In this document: positions 37,789-47,236 of the stretch, one piece after another
Layout: each line of letters begins with the position of its first letter
Numbering within the stretch: the stretch's first letter is position 1
Assembly: GCA_050175015.1 (NCBI GenBank)
Contig: JBFXJJ010000010.1
Location: forward strand, 9,987 to 73,986
DNA from: Alphaproteobacteria bacterium
GTDB lineage: Bacteria > Pseudomonadota > Alphaproteobacteria > JBFXJJ01
Direction: 5' to 3'
DNA length: 64,000 nt
Program-made: the position numbers and the translations under genes
The notes under the pieces: model-generated
The model's database searches: none
Told to the model about the DNA's origin: nothing
The model's input: only the letters and a program-made list of their open reading frames with translations

Positions 37789-38717
37789 ACCGCATTAAGA
37801 CCTTGTTCTAATTCATATAGTGCTTGCTGCGCATCTTTTCCTGCTGGTAAGTCTCCGTGCCATTTGGGATTGTTTTCCATAAAACTTACGCCTTTTCCAG
37901 GGGTGGTTCTAAGACATACCGCAACGGGGCGATAGGATTTTTTAGCATAAAGGCAGGTATTTATAATTTCTTCAACGTTATGACCATTGCAGCCTATGAC
38001 ATTAAAACCAAACGAGGCATATTTATCTTTTATATTCCCTAAAGGCATAATTTCATCGGTTGTTCCTGTGTTCTGAATACCGTTGCAGTCGATAAAGATG
38101 GTTAAGTTTGACAGCTTATATTTATTAACACAAAGAAGAGCTTCCCAAATTTGTCCTTCTTGCTGTTCACCATCAGAGGTCAGAAGAAAAATATGTTCAG
38201 AGCTATTTTTTAAGCTTAAAGCGGAACCTACAGCCAATGATATTCCTTGTCCCAATGAACCTGAAGCATTTTCAATTCCAAAATCAGGCAGAAAAGAGGG
38301 GTGTCCAGTCAACGGACTGCCAAGTTTGGTATAGCTTTCGAGGCAGCTTTCATCGAAATAACCAGCTTTAGCAAGAGTAGCATATATTACAGCCGAAATA
38401 TGACCGCAGGAAACAAACAAACGATCTCTCTTTCTCCACATAGGATTGGCAGGATTATGCCGTAGTCCACCGCCAAAATAAACTGCGGCAAAAAAATCTG
38501 CCAATCCTAAAGATGATGCTGGGTGTCCATAATTAGCACCGAGCATAGTCCGCATAGTTAGAAGCCTAATTTCTGCGGCTTTTTTTATGGCACTTAGAAC
38601 CTGAGGAGATTGGCTTTTATCTGGAGAAAAGGCCTTTGCCATAAAAGGAGACCAGTTAAGGTTTTTGAAAGTATGTTCGAAATTATAAGCTAGAGTTATA
38701 TCATTCATCGTTTGCAA
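37785..38717 (-). CDS. Transketolase N-terminal subunit (TPP-binding)
   Basis: YGHPASSLGLADFFAAVYF...NPANPMWRKRDRLFVSCGHISAVIYATLAKAGYF and GDGEQQEGQIWEA. The true start may be an internal Met. Confidence 0.85.
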   Translation of the reverse strand: MQTMNDITLAYNFEHTFKNLNWSPFMAKAFSPDKSQSPQVLSAIKKAAEIRLLTMRTMLGANYGHPASSLGLADFFAAVYFGGGLRHNPANPMWRKRDRLFVSCGHISAVIYATLAKAGYFDESCLESYTKLGSPLTGHPSFLPDFGIENASGSLGQGISLAVGSALSLKNSSEHIFLLTSDGEQQEGQIWEALLCVNKYKLSNLTIFIDCNGIQNTGTTDEIMPLGNIKDKYASFGFNVIGCNGHNVEEIINTCLYAKKSYRPVAVCLRTTPGKGVSFMENNPKWHGDLPAGKDAQQALYELEQGLNAV

Positions 38718-39493
38718 CTCCGATTGAATTTCATAAGCGTTATAACGTTGTTATTATTATCATTAATCGCAGCGGATATTTGCTTAGCTGCAATATTCCA
38801 AAAAGCTTTGTCCTGATTACCGTGTTTGTGATTGGCAATACTTATTAAACGTGTTTTGCAGCCAAGCTTTTTTAAGATTTTTTGAGAGTTTTTAGCGGCA
38901 TTAAAATTGATAACATCGTCGTTGTTTCCATGTATGAAAACGATTTCGGGGTTTGAATTTATTCTTTGTTCTAATGTTTTTTCAAAAGGAGGAATTACTG
39001 CTCCCGCAACGGATATGGCTTTTCTAACTTTAAAATTGCGGGATAGAGCAAGATCTATCGCAGTCATTCCTCCTTGAGAATAGCCTAAAATAATGGTGTT
39101 GGTATCTGTTATATTCCATTCTTTTTGGCACTTATCTAAAATAAGGTTTAAATCATAAGATATTCCAAATAAACCTTTTGTTTTTTCATCGCCTAGAGCC
39201 ATTTTCATATAAGCTCTCCGCTCTTTTTGATCTAGGTCTGATGGTTTTTTAGCAAATAGTTCTTTAGTATAATTATTTTCAATGTCAAACCATTGATAGC
39301 TGTTTTCGCCTTCTTCTGATGGCATAACAGCTTCGGGGGCTATTGCCACAAAATTCTTTGGTATATCGAGCATTGGAGCAAGTTTCAATATGTCTTCGGC
39401 GTTACCGCCGCAGCCATGGAGCATAAAAAGCATTAAACTAGGCTTTTCATCTTTGTTGCTTAAATAGAATTTGACATTGGTTATATTAGTCAT
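38705..39493 (-). CDS. Alpha/beta hydrolase (phospholipase/carboxylesterase family)
   Basis: LHGCGGNAEDI and the GYSQGG nucleophile elbow. Confidence 0.75.
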   Translation of the reverse strand: MTNITNVKFYLSNKDEKPSLMLFMLHGCGGNAEDILKLAPMLDIPKNFVAIAPEAVMPSEEGENSYQWFDIENNYTKELFAKKPSDLDQKERRAYMKMALGDEKTKGLFGISYDLNLILDKCQKEWNITDTNTIILGYSQGGMTAIDLALSRNFKVRKAISVAGAVIPPFEKTLEQRINSNPEIVFIHGNNDDVINFNAAKNSQKILKKLGCKTRLISIANHKHGNQDKAFWNIAAKQISAAINDNNNNVITLMKFNRSCKR

Positions 39494-39629
39494 TTTTTTT
39501 CTTCTGTTTCGCTGTCTTTCTTTTCTTTTAAACGAGTCATAGCATTAGCAGCTTTTGCGCAAGGCTGTTCATCTTTCGTTGTGCTATTGATTTCTTCTGT
39601 TAAATCTGTGAATTTAAGATTTTTTAAAG

Positions 39630-40301
39630 TCATTTTTTCACCATACGAAAGATGATTTTGTTAGCATAATAATCAATAAAATCAGTTACTTTAGGAAAAT
39701 AATTTTCCCTATCTTGCCAGCATTTTACAAAACCTTGAGGAAGACATCTGGCAATGGACACTTCAAAACCTTCTTCCCAAAAAGCTTTAGCAAAATCGTT
39801 TATGGAATAATCAGGCACGGGAACATTGGAATACTCATCGACAATAGGCTTCCAGCGGTTCCATAGCGGCATTTCGTGATAACAGCCTGTCGTTGCATAA
39901 TAGACGCCGTTTTTGTTTAGAACATTGGCAATTATTTTAGCGTGTTCAGTTAAATCTGGCAGGAGATAAATAACATCGTGGCTAAACGCAATGTCAATCT
40001 CACCTTTAATATTATTAAGGAAACTAACGGTATCATAATGAACAGGTAAATTACCCTTAAGAGATTTAGCAACCTCTAAAGATTGGAGAGCTATATCTAC
40101 GCCGATAGCTTTCTTAAAAGGACTAAGATAATAAAGCGTCCTTAAAAAACCGCCTTGGTTACAACCAAAATCGAGAACAGCCGAGTTGGCAAGATCTTTT
40201 TCCTGCATTTGGGTAATTATTGAACGCCAGAATGGTGCGTGGTGGTCGTTCATTACATTTTCTTCATCTTGAAGATTTGCCCAAGTATCAATATTGTCCA
40301 T
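39630..40301 (-). CDS. Class I SAM-dependent methyltransferase
   Basis: VLDFGCNQGGFLRTL (motif I). Confidence 0.65.
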   Translation of the reverse strand: MDNIDTWANLQDEENVMNDHHAPFWRSIITQMQEKDLANSAVLDFGCNQGGFLRTLYYLSPFKKAIGVDIALQSLEVAKSLKGNLPVHYDTVSFLNNIKGEIDIAFSHDVIYLLPDLTEHAKIIANVLNKNGVYYATTGCYHEMPLWNRWKPIVDEYSNVPVPDYSINDFAKAFWEEGFEVSIARCLPQGFVKCWQDRENYFPKVTDFIDYYANKIIFRMVKK

Positions 40302-40386
40302 TTCTTTTTGCTTTTTCCTTATTCTTTTGTTTTTTGTTGTTAAAAGTTTTATTTATAAAACTTTTTGTTTAAATAAAAAGTGATAC

Positions 40387-40695
40387 TTAAATATGTTCCT
40401 CATTTATGGGTAGTTTTGACAAGTGTTGAACAGGAGCATCATATTCTCTGACAAGTTCTTCTTTATCGAATTCAACGATTAAAACCTGCTTCAAATTTTT
40501 GATAGTTGTTTGGGCAAGAGTGGGTAGAAAATCAAGAAGAAGGCTTTCTTCTTCACTGCGGTATAAAACGGCGTGTTTTCCTCCAGCATAAAGCATTCGA
40601 GGCGAAGAGGGCGCCTTGTTTCTTGATTTTATACTAAAAAGCAACTCTCCTTCTGGATTTTGTAAAACTTCATAATTTTTTTCTTGAATAAGCAT
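40387..40695 (-). CDS. Hypothetical small protein (about 102 aa; start moved to the internal ATG at 40695)
   Basis: The longest ORF (to 40785) overlaps the upstream gene by 86 nt, whereas the ATG at 40695 lies 5 nt after that gene's stop. Confidence 0.4.
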   Translation of the reverse strand: MLIQEKNYEVLQNPEGELLFSIKSRNKAPSSPRMLYAGGKHAVLYRSEEESLLLDFLPTLAQTTIKNLKQVLIVEFDKEELVREYDAPVQHLSKLPINEEHI

Positions 40696-40699
40696 TTTT

Positions 40700-41110
40700 T
40701 TAATCCCAATGTTTTCCCTTAGATGCCGCAATATATTTAAAAGTTGCTTTTTCAACAGCGCTTTGATTTTTTTCAACCGTTTCAAGCCCCAGAATTGGAT
40801 CCTGTAAGCCCCCAGAAATTCCCGCAGCTTTTAAAAATTTATCAAAGGCTGCTGCCGTACTTTCGCCAAAAACTTTAGCTCCTTTAGGATTGGCTTCAAT
40901 CATAGCTTCGGCTTTGCCATTGATTATTTTTGCTGCATTTTCGGCGCCGCCATTCATTAATACATACTGTCCTCTAGCTTCTTTGTTCAAAAGACTACGG
41001 AAAAAGCCCGCACAGCCAGGGCATCTGTCAGCACAGCCGTGCGCCTTAGCCTTTTCTAAATTTTTCATAGAAGCTTTTTCGTTTCCGTGTTCATGATGTT
41101 GATGTTGCAT
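40700..41110 (-). CDS. Hypothetical His- and Cys-rich small protein (possible metal or redox site)
   Basis: N-terminus MQHQHHEHGNEK followed by HGCADRCPGCAG. 136 aa, otherwise Ala/Gly/Lys-rich. Confidence 0.45.
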   Translation of the reverse strand: MQHQHHEHGNEKASMKNLEKAKAHGCADRCPGCAGFFRSLLNKEARGQYVLMNGGAENAAKIINGKAEAMIEANPKGAKVFGESTAAAFDKFLKAAGISGGLQDPILGLETVEKNQSAVEKATFKYIAASKGKHWD

Positions 41111-41163
41111 CGTAAGTTTCTCCTAGTTTCTTATGTGATAGAAATGTTTTTTGTAAATAATTT

Positions 41164-41610
41164 TTAAGAAAGTTTAGATTTTAGCTGTTTAACCCAATCT
41201 TGAATTTCATTTTCAAAATCTTCGGGATCGCCATCTATTTTTAAACCTGATACGATGACGTTTCCTCCAAGATCTTTAGTCTTTTCTTCAATAGCATCAA
41301 CAGCACCGCAAAAATATTCAAAAGAAGAATCTCCGCAGCCAAAGGCTGCAACTTTTTTGCCGTTGATACCGATTAGGTTAAAGTCCTCAAAAAAATCACT
41401 GAAATCTTGTTGAAATTCAATATCATCTGCTCCCCAAGTTGAAGAGCCAAACAATAAAACGTCATAATTTTCAGCTAAATTTCGAGGTTTGGTTTCAGAA
41501 ACATTTTGCAACACAACATCATAATCTTTCGCCAAAAGGGCTTCAATTTTTTGCGAAACAGTTTCGGTATTTCCTGTTGTTGAGCCATAAACAATTAAAA
41601 TTTTAGTCAT
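41164..41610 (-). CDS. Short-chain flavodoxin (Desulfovibrio/Clostridium type)
   Basis: MTKILIVYGSTTGNTE is the FMN phosphate loop; AFGCGDSSFEYFCGAVDAIEEKTKDLGGNVIVSGLKIDGDP closely resembles Desulfovibrio vulgaris flavodoxin. Start set at the ATG at 41610 (GGGAG upstream) rather than the TTG at 41673 used by the ORF track. Confidence 0.85.
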   Translation of the reverse strand: MTKILIVYGSTTGNTETVSQKIEALLAKDYDVVLQNVSETKPRNLAENYDVLLFGSSTWGADDIEFQQDFSDFFEDFNLIGINGKKVAAFGCGDSSFEYFCGAVDAIEEKTKDLGGNVIVSGLKIDGDPEDFENEIQDWVKQLKSKLS

Positions 41611-42093
41611 AATACGTAGAATTAACTCCCGTAAGTTTATTTTAAAATTAACAATGTTTTTGGCGGTATTCAAAAAGTTTGATATATAAAACTTTTTATA
41701 AAAACATAATTATTTATATCTTCCATTCTTGTCAACATATTTTATTAAATTTTTTTAAATTAAGGTTAGACTTATTTTAATTAGTTATATATTGCATTGT
41801 TTATAATGAATTTTATTTTTAACGAGGTGTTTTTAAAAAACATTCTTTAGGGTTACATTTTTGCAAGTAAGTAATAATTCTAGTTCGAAATAAAGGCTTT
41901 AGAGTAATGTAGATTTTAATTTATAGTTTTTTTAATGCTTCCAATCTTGCGAGTCCTTATAAAGTGGCAGGCAATATGCCAATTATGGTTTATATTTTTG
42001 CCTTTTGTAAAGAAAATCAAAATTTGGGAGATAGCCATCGTAGATACTGTTAAGTGCAAAGAGCTCTAATTGCGATACGCTCAAAAATTTAAT

Positions 42094-42139
42094 ATCAAAA
42101 AATAATCCGCTTTCTGACATATCTAGAATGCGGATTATT
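42094..42139 (-). terminator. Rho-independent terminator downstream of the nfnB/gltD-like gene
   Basis: 9-10 bp stem AATAATCCGC...GCGGATTATT with a 19-nt loop. On the minus strand it is followed by a T run (complement of AAAAAA at 42095-42100). Confidence 0.5.
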
Positions 42140-42289
42140 TAATAAAGTTGATTATATTATAACAAACAACAAAAACAGTTGCGAAAGCTATAAATTCATC
42201 TTTTTAAAGAGGTTTTAAAATGATGTTTTTCTTAACTTTTTTCCCTATATTCGTTTTAAATTAGCTATAAGGCAAATTTAAAAAATATT

Positions 42290-43681
42290 CTATTTTGATA
42301 AAGATGTGTGAATATCTTTGGCCGCTTTTCTTCCTGCTCCCATTGCCAAAATAACCGTTGCGGCTCCCGTTACAATGTCGCCCCCAGCCCAGACATTAGC
42401 TCTGGAGGTTTTGCCATTATCATCGGTTACGATATAACCCCATTTGTTAAGCTCTAGTCCTGAGCCTGACTTTGTTAAAATAGGATTAGCATCTGATCCG
42501 ATTGATATAACGACAGCATCACAGGGGATTTCGAAAAAATCATTCGTAACAGGAACAGGCCTGCGGCGGCCTTTTTCATCTGGTTCTCCAAGTTCCATAC
42601 GTTGACATTTTAGTTTAGCAACACAGCCGTTATCATCACCAATAAATTCTACAGGGTTAGATAAAAGCTTAAAAATGATTCCTTCTTCTTCGGCGTGATG
42701 CACTTCTTCTGCTCTGGCAGGAAGTTCGTCTCTTCCTCTGCGGTAAACAATATAAACCTTATCGGCTCCAAGCCTTAGAGCCGTTCTTGCGGCGTCCATA
42801 GCAACATTGCCGCCGCCTAATACGCAGACCTCTTTTCCGATAGCAACAGGGGTGTCATAATTAGGAAAATCATAGGCTTTCATTAAGTTTGAGCGGGTTA
42901 AGTATTCGTTTGCTGAAAAGATATTGCCTAAATTTTCACCAGCTATTCCCAGAAATTTAGGAAGACCAGCCCCAACGGCAACGAATGCAGCATCAAAGCC
43001 TTCTTCTTCCATAATATCATCAAGCAGAAGCGAACGCCCAATGACGGAATTAAGTTCAAATTTAACGCCCATTTTTTTCAAGCCGTCAATTTCTTTGCGA
43101 ACGATTTCTTTAGGCAGACGAAATTCAGGAATACCATACATTAGAACGCCGCCTGGTTCGTGAAAGGCTTCAAAAACCGTAACATCATAACCTAATCTTG
43201 CAAGGTCTCCTGCGCACGCTAATCCCGAAGGGCCAGAACCAACGATTGCAACTTTTTTGCCGTTAGGTTCGATGCTAATAGCGTTTTTGTCAGACGCATT
43301 TTCTCGTTCATAGTCGGCAACAAAGCGTTCTAAGGAGCCAATAGCAACGGCTTCTCCCTTTTTGGCAAGAACACAGCGCTGTTCGCATTGGGTTTCCTGC
43401 GGGCACACTCTTCCACAAACCGCAGGAAGCATATTCGCGGTTTTAATGGTTTGAGCGGCTTCTAAAGGCTTTCCTTCTGTTATTGCTTTGATAAATTGCG
43501 GGATAGGAACGGAAACGGGGCATCCTTCAACACATTGAGGTTTTTTACATTGCAGGCATCGGCTGGCTTCAAGAGCGGCTTCTTCTTTCGAAAAACCCAA
43601 AGCAACTTCTTTAAAGTTATGACCTCTTTCTATTGGATCCTGATTTCTCATAGGAGTGCGGTTTATTTTGTTGTTTGCCAT
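42290..43681 (-). CDS. GltD-family FAD/NAD(P)H oxidoreductase with two [4Fe-4S] motifs (NfnB/SudA-like; glutamate synthase small-subunit homolog)
   Basis: CLQCKKPQCVEGCP and CGRVCPQETQCEQRC cluster motifs; dinucleotide fold VAIVGSGPSGLACAGDLARLGYDVTVFE; 463 aa. Confidence 0.85.
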   Translation of the reverse strand: MANNKINRTPMRNQDPIERGHNFKEVALGFSKEEAALEASRCLQCKKPQCVEGCPVSVPIPQFIKAITEGKPLEAAQTIKTANMLPAVCGRVCPQETQCEQRCVLAKKGEAVAIGSLERFVADYERENASDKNAISIEPNGKKVAIVGSGPSGLACAGDLARLGYDVTVFEAFHEPGGVLMYGIPEFRLPKEIVRKEIDGLKKMGVKFELNSVIGRSLLLDDIMEEEGFDAAFVAVGAGLPKFLGIAGENLGNIFSANEYLTRSNLMKAYDFPNYDTPVAIGKEVCVLGGGNVAMDAARTALRLGADKVYIVYRRGRDELPARAEEVHHAEEEGIIFKLLSNPVEFIGDDNGCVAKLKCQRMELGEPDEKGRRRPVPVTNDFFEIPCDAVVISIGSDANPILTKSGSGLELNKWGYIVTDDNGKTSRANVWAGGDIVTGAATVILAMGAGRKAAKDIHTSLSK

Positions 43682-43700
43682 TTTTTATACCCCTTCAAAA

Positions 43701-44546
43701 TTAATCTTTGTTTTCTCGATAACGTTCAAGTGAGCAATGTTCGTGCTTTTTATATAAGCGCTGTCTTGCCGAGAATAAATTCCAGTCAACACCATGCCCG
43801 TCAAATTCAGGTCCGTCAACGCAGGTAAATTTGGTTTCTCCGTGGACTAAAACTCTGCAGCCTCCGCACATTCCTGTGCCATCAATCATAATGGTATTAA
43901 GGCTTACAATGGTTTTTAGCTCATAAGGTCTTGTTGCTTCTGATACGACTTTCATCATAATTTCTGGACCAATGGCATAGCAAATGCCAGCTTTTTGAGA
44001 TGAATTAGCTTTGCCTTGTTCTAAAATTTCTAAAAGAGGTTCGGTAACACGCCCTTTGCGGCCAAAGGTTCCATCGTCTGTGCAGACAATATGTTCATTG
44101 GCAATTTGTGCGAGTTTATCGTCCCAGAACAATAAATCTTTGGTTCTTGCTCCTTGAATTATGGTGATTTTATTTCCAGCTTCTCTCAAAGCTCTTGCTA
44201 TGGGAAATATTGGGGCAGATCCAACACCGCCAGCAACCATTACGGCATGACCAAAGTTTTCAATTTCTGATGCGGTGCCTAATGGACCTAAAACAGCATA
44301 AAAGCTTTCGCCAACTTCTTTGGCTGCAATTTTCATTGTGGATACGCCAACTGCCATCATAACCATAGTTAAGGTGTTCTTTTCACGGTTGAAATCGGCT
44401 ATAGTTAGAGGAATTCTTTCGCTTTTTTCATCAGCCATAACTAGAACAAATTGTCCTGGCTGACCTCTTTTAACGACTTTAGGAGCATCAACGGTAATCT
44501 CGTAAATATCCTTTGCGAGTAGTTTTTTTTCAAGGATTTTCGCCAT
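43701..44546 (-). CDS. PyrK/SudB/NfnA-like FAD plus [2Fe-2S] electron-transfer subunit
   Basis: 281 aa. FNR-like fold with the C-terminal MCGGCRV...FTCVDGPEF cysteine motif. It lies immediately upstream of the GltD-like gene. Confidence 0.8.
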   Translation of the reverse strand: MAKILEKKLLAKDIYEITVDAPKVVKRGQPGQFVLVMADEKSERIPLTIADFNREKNTLTMVMMAVGVSTMKIAAKEVGESFYAVLGPLGTASEIENFGHAVMVAGGVGSAPIFPIARALREAGNKITIIQGARTKDLLFWDDKLAQIANEHIVCTDDGTFGRKGRVTEPLLEILEQGKANSSQKAGICYAIGPEIMMKVVSEATRPYELKTIVSLNTIMIDGTGMCGGCRVLVHGETKFTCVDGPEFDGHGVDWNLFSARQRLYKKHEHCSLERYRENKD

Positions 44547-44802
44547 AATTATTTCCTTATTTTTTTAGTTTTTAATTTATGATTTTAAGATTAGAGGTGT
44601 TTGAAAGATGCTTTCAAATTTTGAAGTAATCATAAAATAAAATTTAACATTTTAAAAGAGTGTAATGTTTTTAAATGCACTAAAAAGAGCAAATGGATAA
44701 AAATGAGCGTATTTCTAAAAAGATAGATGCTGCAAACTAAGATATGTATCCTTTTTAGATAATCATTTTAGTTGTTATAAAAAGATATTTTTTTAAAAGA
44801 TA

Positions 44803-46179
44803 TTAAATTTTAGGAAAAACAAGCCCTGCATTAGCAACATAAGATGCCAGCTCATTTTTTATAAGGTCTAATGCATCTTTGTTTTCGCCTTCACATCTTG
44901 CGACCATAATTGGCTGTGTATTAGACCTTCTTAAAAGCCACCAGCCATCTTTTAATGAAACTCTTAGCCCATCGGTGAAATCAATTTTCGCCCCTTTTTC
45001 TTCCAGTTCTTTCTTTATTTTAGCGAGAACAACTTCTTTTAGATTCTCGGGGCAGTCTATTCTAATTTCAGGCGTGTTATAAACAATAGGCAGTTCTTTT
45101 GCTAGTTCTTCTAAAGTTTTTGAGGAATTGCCAATATATTTAATCAGTCGTGCCGCAGTATATAGCGCATCATCAAAACCGTAATATCTATCGGCGAAAA
45201 AAATATGACCGCTCATTTCGCCAGCTAAAGGAGCTTTGGTTTCTACCATTTTAGCTTTTATAAAAGAATGACCCGTTTTCCACATTAACGGGGAGCCACC
45301 AAGCTTTTTTACCTCTTCGAAAAAGCGGTTAGATGCTTTAACATCGGCGATAATCGGCGCACCTTTATGGGTTTTAAGAACGTCTCGAGCAAGAAAAATC
45401 ATAAACTGATCGCCCCACAAAATCTGCCCGTTCTTAAGGACAACTCCAATGCGGTCGCCATCGCCATCAAATCCAAGCCCAATATCAGCATCGCTTTCCT
45501 GAACTTTGGCAATAAGCTGCTCTAAATTTTTAGGAATAGTCGGGTCTGGGTGATGGTTGGGAAAAAGACCATCGATTTCTTGATTTATGATGATGTTTTG
45601 CGTTTTGCTTTGTTCTGTAATTTTCGCAACTATATCACCGCAAGAACCATTGCCTGTGTCCCATACTATTTTTAGGTTATCAATATCGATGAATTCATCA
45701 ACAATTTTAGAAACATATTTGTTGCTTATATCAAGCGTATTTACTCGCCCTTGCCCTTCGGCATAAGACGCATCTTCTGCAATTTTGCCAATTTTTTTGA
45801 TGCTATCACCAAAGAAAGCACCTTGGTTGAAAACAAATTTAAAGCCATTGTATTCTGAAGGGTTGTGCGAACCCGTAACCATAATACCTGACTTGGCATC
45901 GGTTTCATAACAAGAAAAATAAAGCATTGGGGTGGGACAGACTCCAATATCGATGACATCAACTCCAGTATCAACAATGCCTTCAATTAATGATTTTGCT
46001 AATTCTGGAGAAGATAGTCTGCCATCTCTTCCGACTGCAATAACGTTGTTTTCTGGTTTTGCTATGGTTGCAAAGGCTCGCCCTATCGCATAGGCATCAT
46101 CTGGATTTAGGTCCTGACCGAAAATTCCTCTAATATCAGAAGCTCTGAGTATATCGGGGCTAAAGATATGTTTTTTCAT
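44803..46179 (-). CDS. manB: Phosphomannomutase/phosphoglucomutase
   Basis: Active-site loop VTGSHNPSEYNGFK and metal site GFDGDGDR. 458 aa. Confidence 0.9.
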   Translation of the reverse strand: MKKHIFSPDILRASDIRGIFGQDLNPDDAYAIGRAFATIAKPENNVIAVGRDGRLSSPELAKSLIEGIVDTGVDVIDIGVCPTPMLYFSCYETDAKSGIMVTGSHNPSEYNGFKFVFNQGAFFGDSIKKIGKIAEDASYAEGQGRVNTLDISNKYVSKIVDEFIDIDNLKIVWDTGNGSCGDIVAKITEQSKTQNIIINQEIDGLFPNHHPDPTIPKNLEQLIAKVQESDADIGLGFDGDGDRIGVVLKNGQILWGDQFMIFLARDVLKTHKGAPIIADVKASNRFFEEVKKLGGSPLMWKTGHSFIKAKMVETKAPLAGEMSGHIFFADRYYGFDDALYTAARLIKYIGNSSKTLEELAKELPIVYNTPEIRIDCPENLKEVVLAKIKKELEEKGAKIDFTDGLRVSLKDGWWLLRRSNTQPIMVARCEGENKDALDLIKNELASYVANAGLVFPKI

Positions 46180-47236
46180 TATCTTCCTTTAATTTTTCAA
46201 CAATTTTTCTAACATCTTGGCTTTTGTCTTTTGGAACTACCATTATGGCATCTTCGCAGGCAATTACAACCAAATCATCAACTCCAACAACCGAAATAAG
46301 CTGTTTGGTCGTCGATTTGATAAAGCAATTCTTAGAATCAATAACTACCGTTTTAGCAGATTTAACATTGCCGTCTTCGTCTTTTTGCGAAATTTCCCAT
46401 AAAGATTTATAAGAACCAATATCATTCCAACCAGAATTATTAACAATTACAACGGCGGTCTTATTGGATCTTTCCATAACGGCATAATCAAAAGATATGG
46501 ATTTAGCTTCGGCAAAATATTCGTTGTTTAAAAAAACAGCATTGCCATCAATTTTGGCTTTATTTAAGCTTTCGCTGCACGATTTTAGCATTTCTGGTTC
46601 GTACTTGCCCATTTCATCAATCAAGGTTTGGGCTTTCAGCATAAACATACCGCTGTTCCAAAAATAGTCTCCAGAGCTTAAATATTTTTTGGCCGTTTCT
46701 AAATTAGGTTTTTCTACAAATTTATCAATTATGAAAAAGCCATCATTATCTTTTTTGCCTTTTTTTATGTAACCAAAGCCTGTTTCTGGATATTCTGGTT
46801 TGATGCCAAAGGTTGTTAAAAAGCCTTTTTCTGATGCTTTTAGAGCAGTTTCAGCCGCATCTAAAAAGGCAGAGTTGTTTTGGATAAAATGATCAGAAGG
46901 CATAACCATCATAACGGCATCTTTATCTTCTTTATAAAGACAAAGAGCAGATGCCAAAATGGCTGGTGCGGTGTTCCTTGCACAAGGTTCTAGTATTATT
47001 TTAGCGTTTGTGATATTCTGGTTTTTTAATCCATAATTTACTAGGTCTAAATGATGTTCTACGCAAATTATAGTAGGGTAGTTAAAAAGTTTATCGCGGC
47101 ATCTTTTAACGGTATTTTCAAAAAGATACTCATTATCAACTAAACGGGTAAATTGTTTGGGGTTTTTATTAACAGATATTGGCCATAATCTTGAACCAGC
47201 ACCGCCCGATAATAAGACAGGATATATTTTGCCCAT
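46160..47236 (-). CDS. manC: Mannose-1-phosphate guanylyltransferase (NTP-transferase domain only, no C-terminal PMI domain)
   Basis: PVLLSGGAGSRLWPIS...PKQF N-terminus. 358 aa. Confidence 0.85.
   Translation of the reverse strand: MGKIYPVLLSGGAGSRLWPISVNKNPKQFTRLVDNEYLFENTVKRCRDKLFNYPTIICVEHHLDLVNYGLKNQNITNAKIILEPCARNTAPAILASALCLYKEDKDAVMMVMPSDHFIQNNSAFLDAAETALKASEKGFLTTFGIKPEYPETGFGYIKKGKKDNDGFFIIDKFVEKPNLETAKKYLSSGDYFWNSGMFMLKAQTLIDEMGKYEPEMLKSCSESLNKAKIDGNAVFLNNEYFAEAKSISFDYAVMERSNKTAVVIVNNSGWNDIGSYKSLWEISQKDEDGNVKSAKTVVIDSKNCFIKSTTKQLISVVGVDDLVVIACEDAIMVVPKDKSQDVRKIVEKLKEDNEKTYL

Noticed and set aside
41611-41673. TTG start at 41673 for flavodoxin (ORF-track N-terminal extension MNTAKNIVNFKINLRELILRI)
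   Set aside because: Flavodoxins begin directly with the MxKxLIVYGSTTGNT strand. The extension has no RBS, and the in-frame ATG at 41610 has GGGAG upstream.
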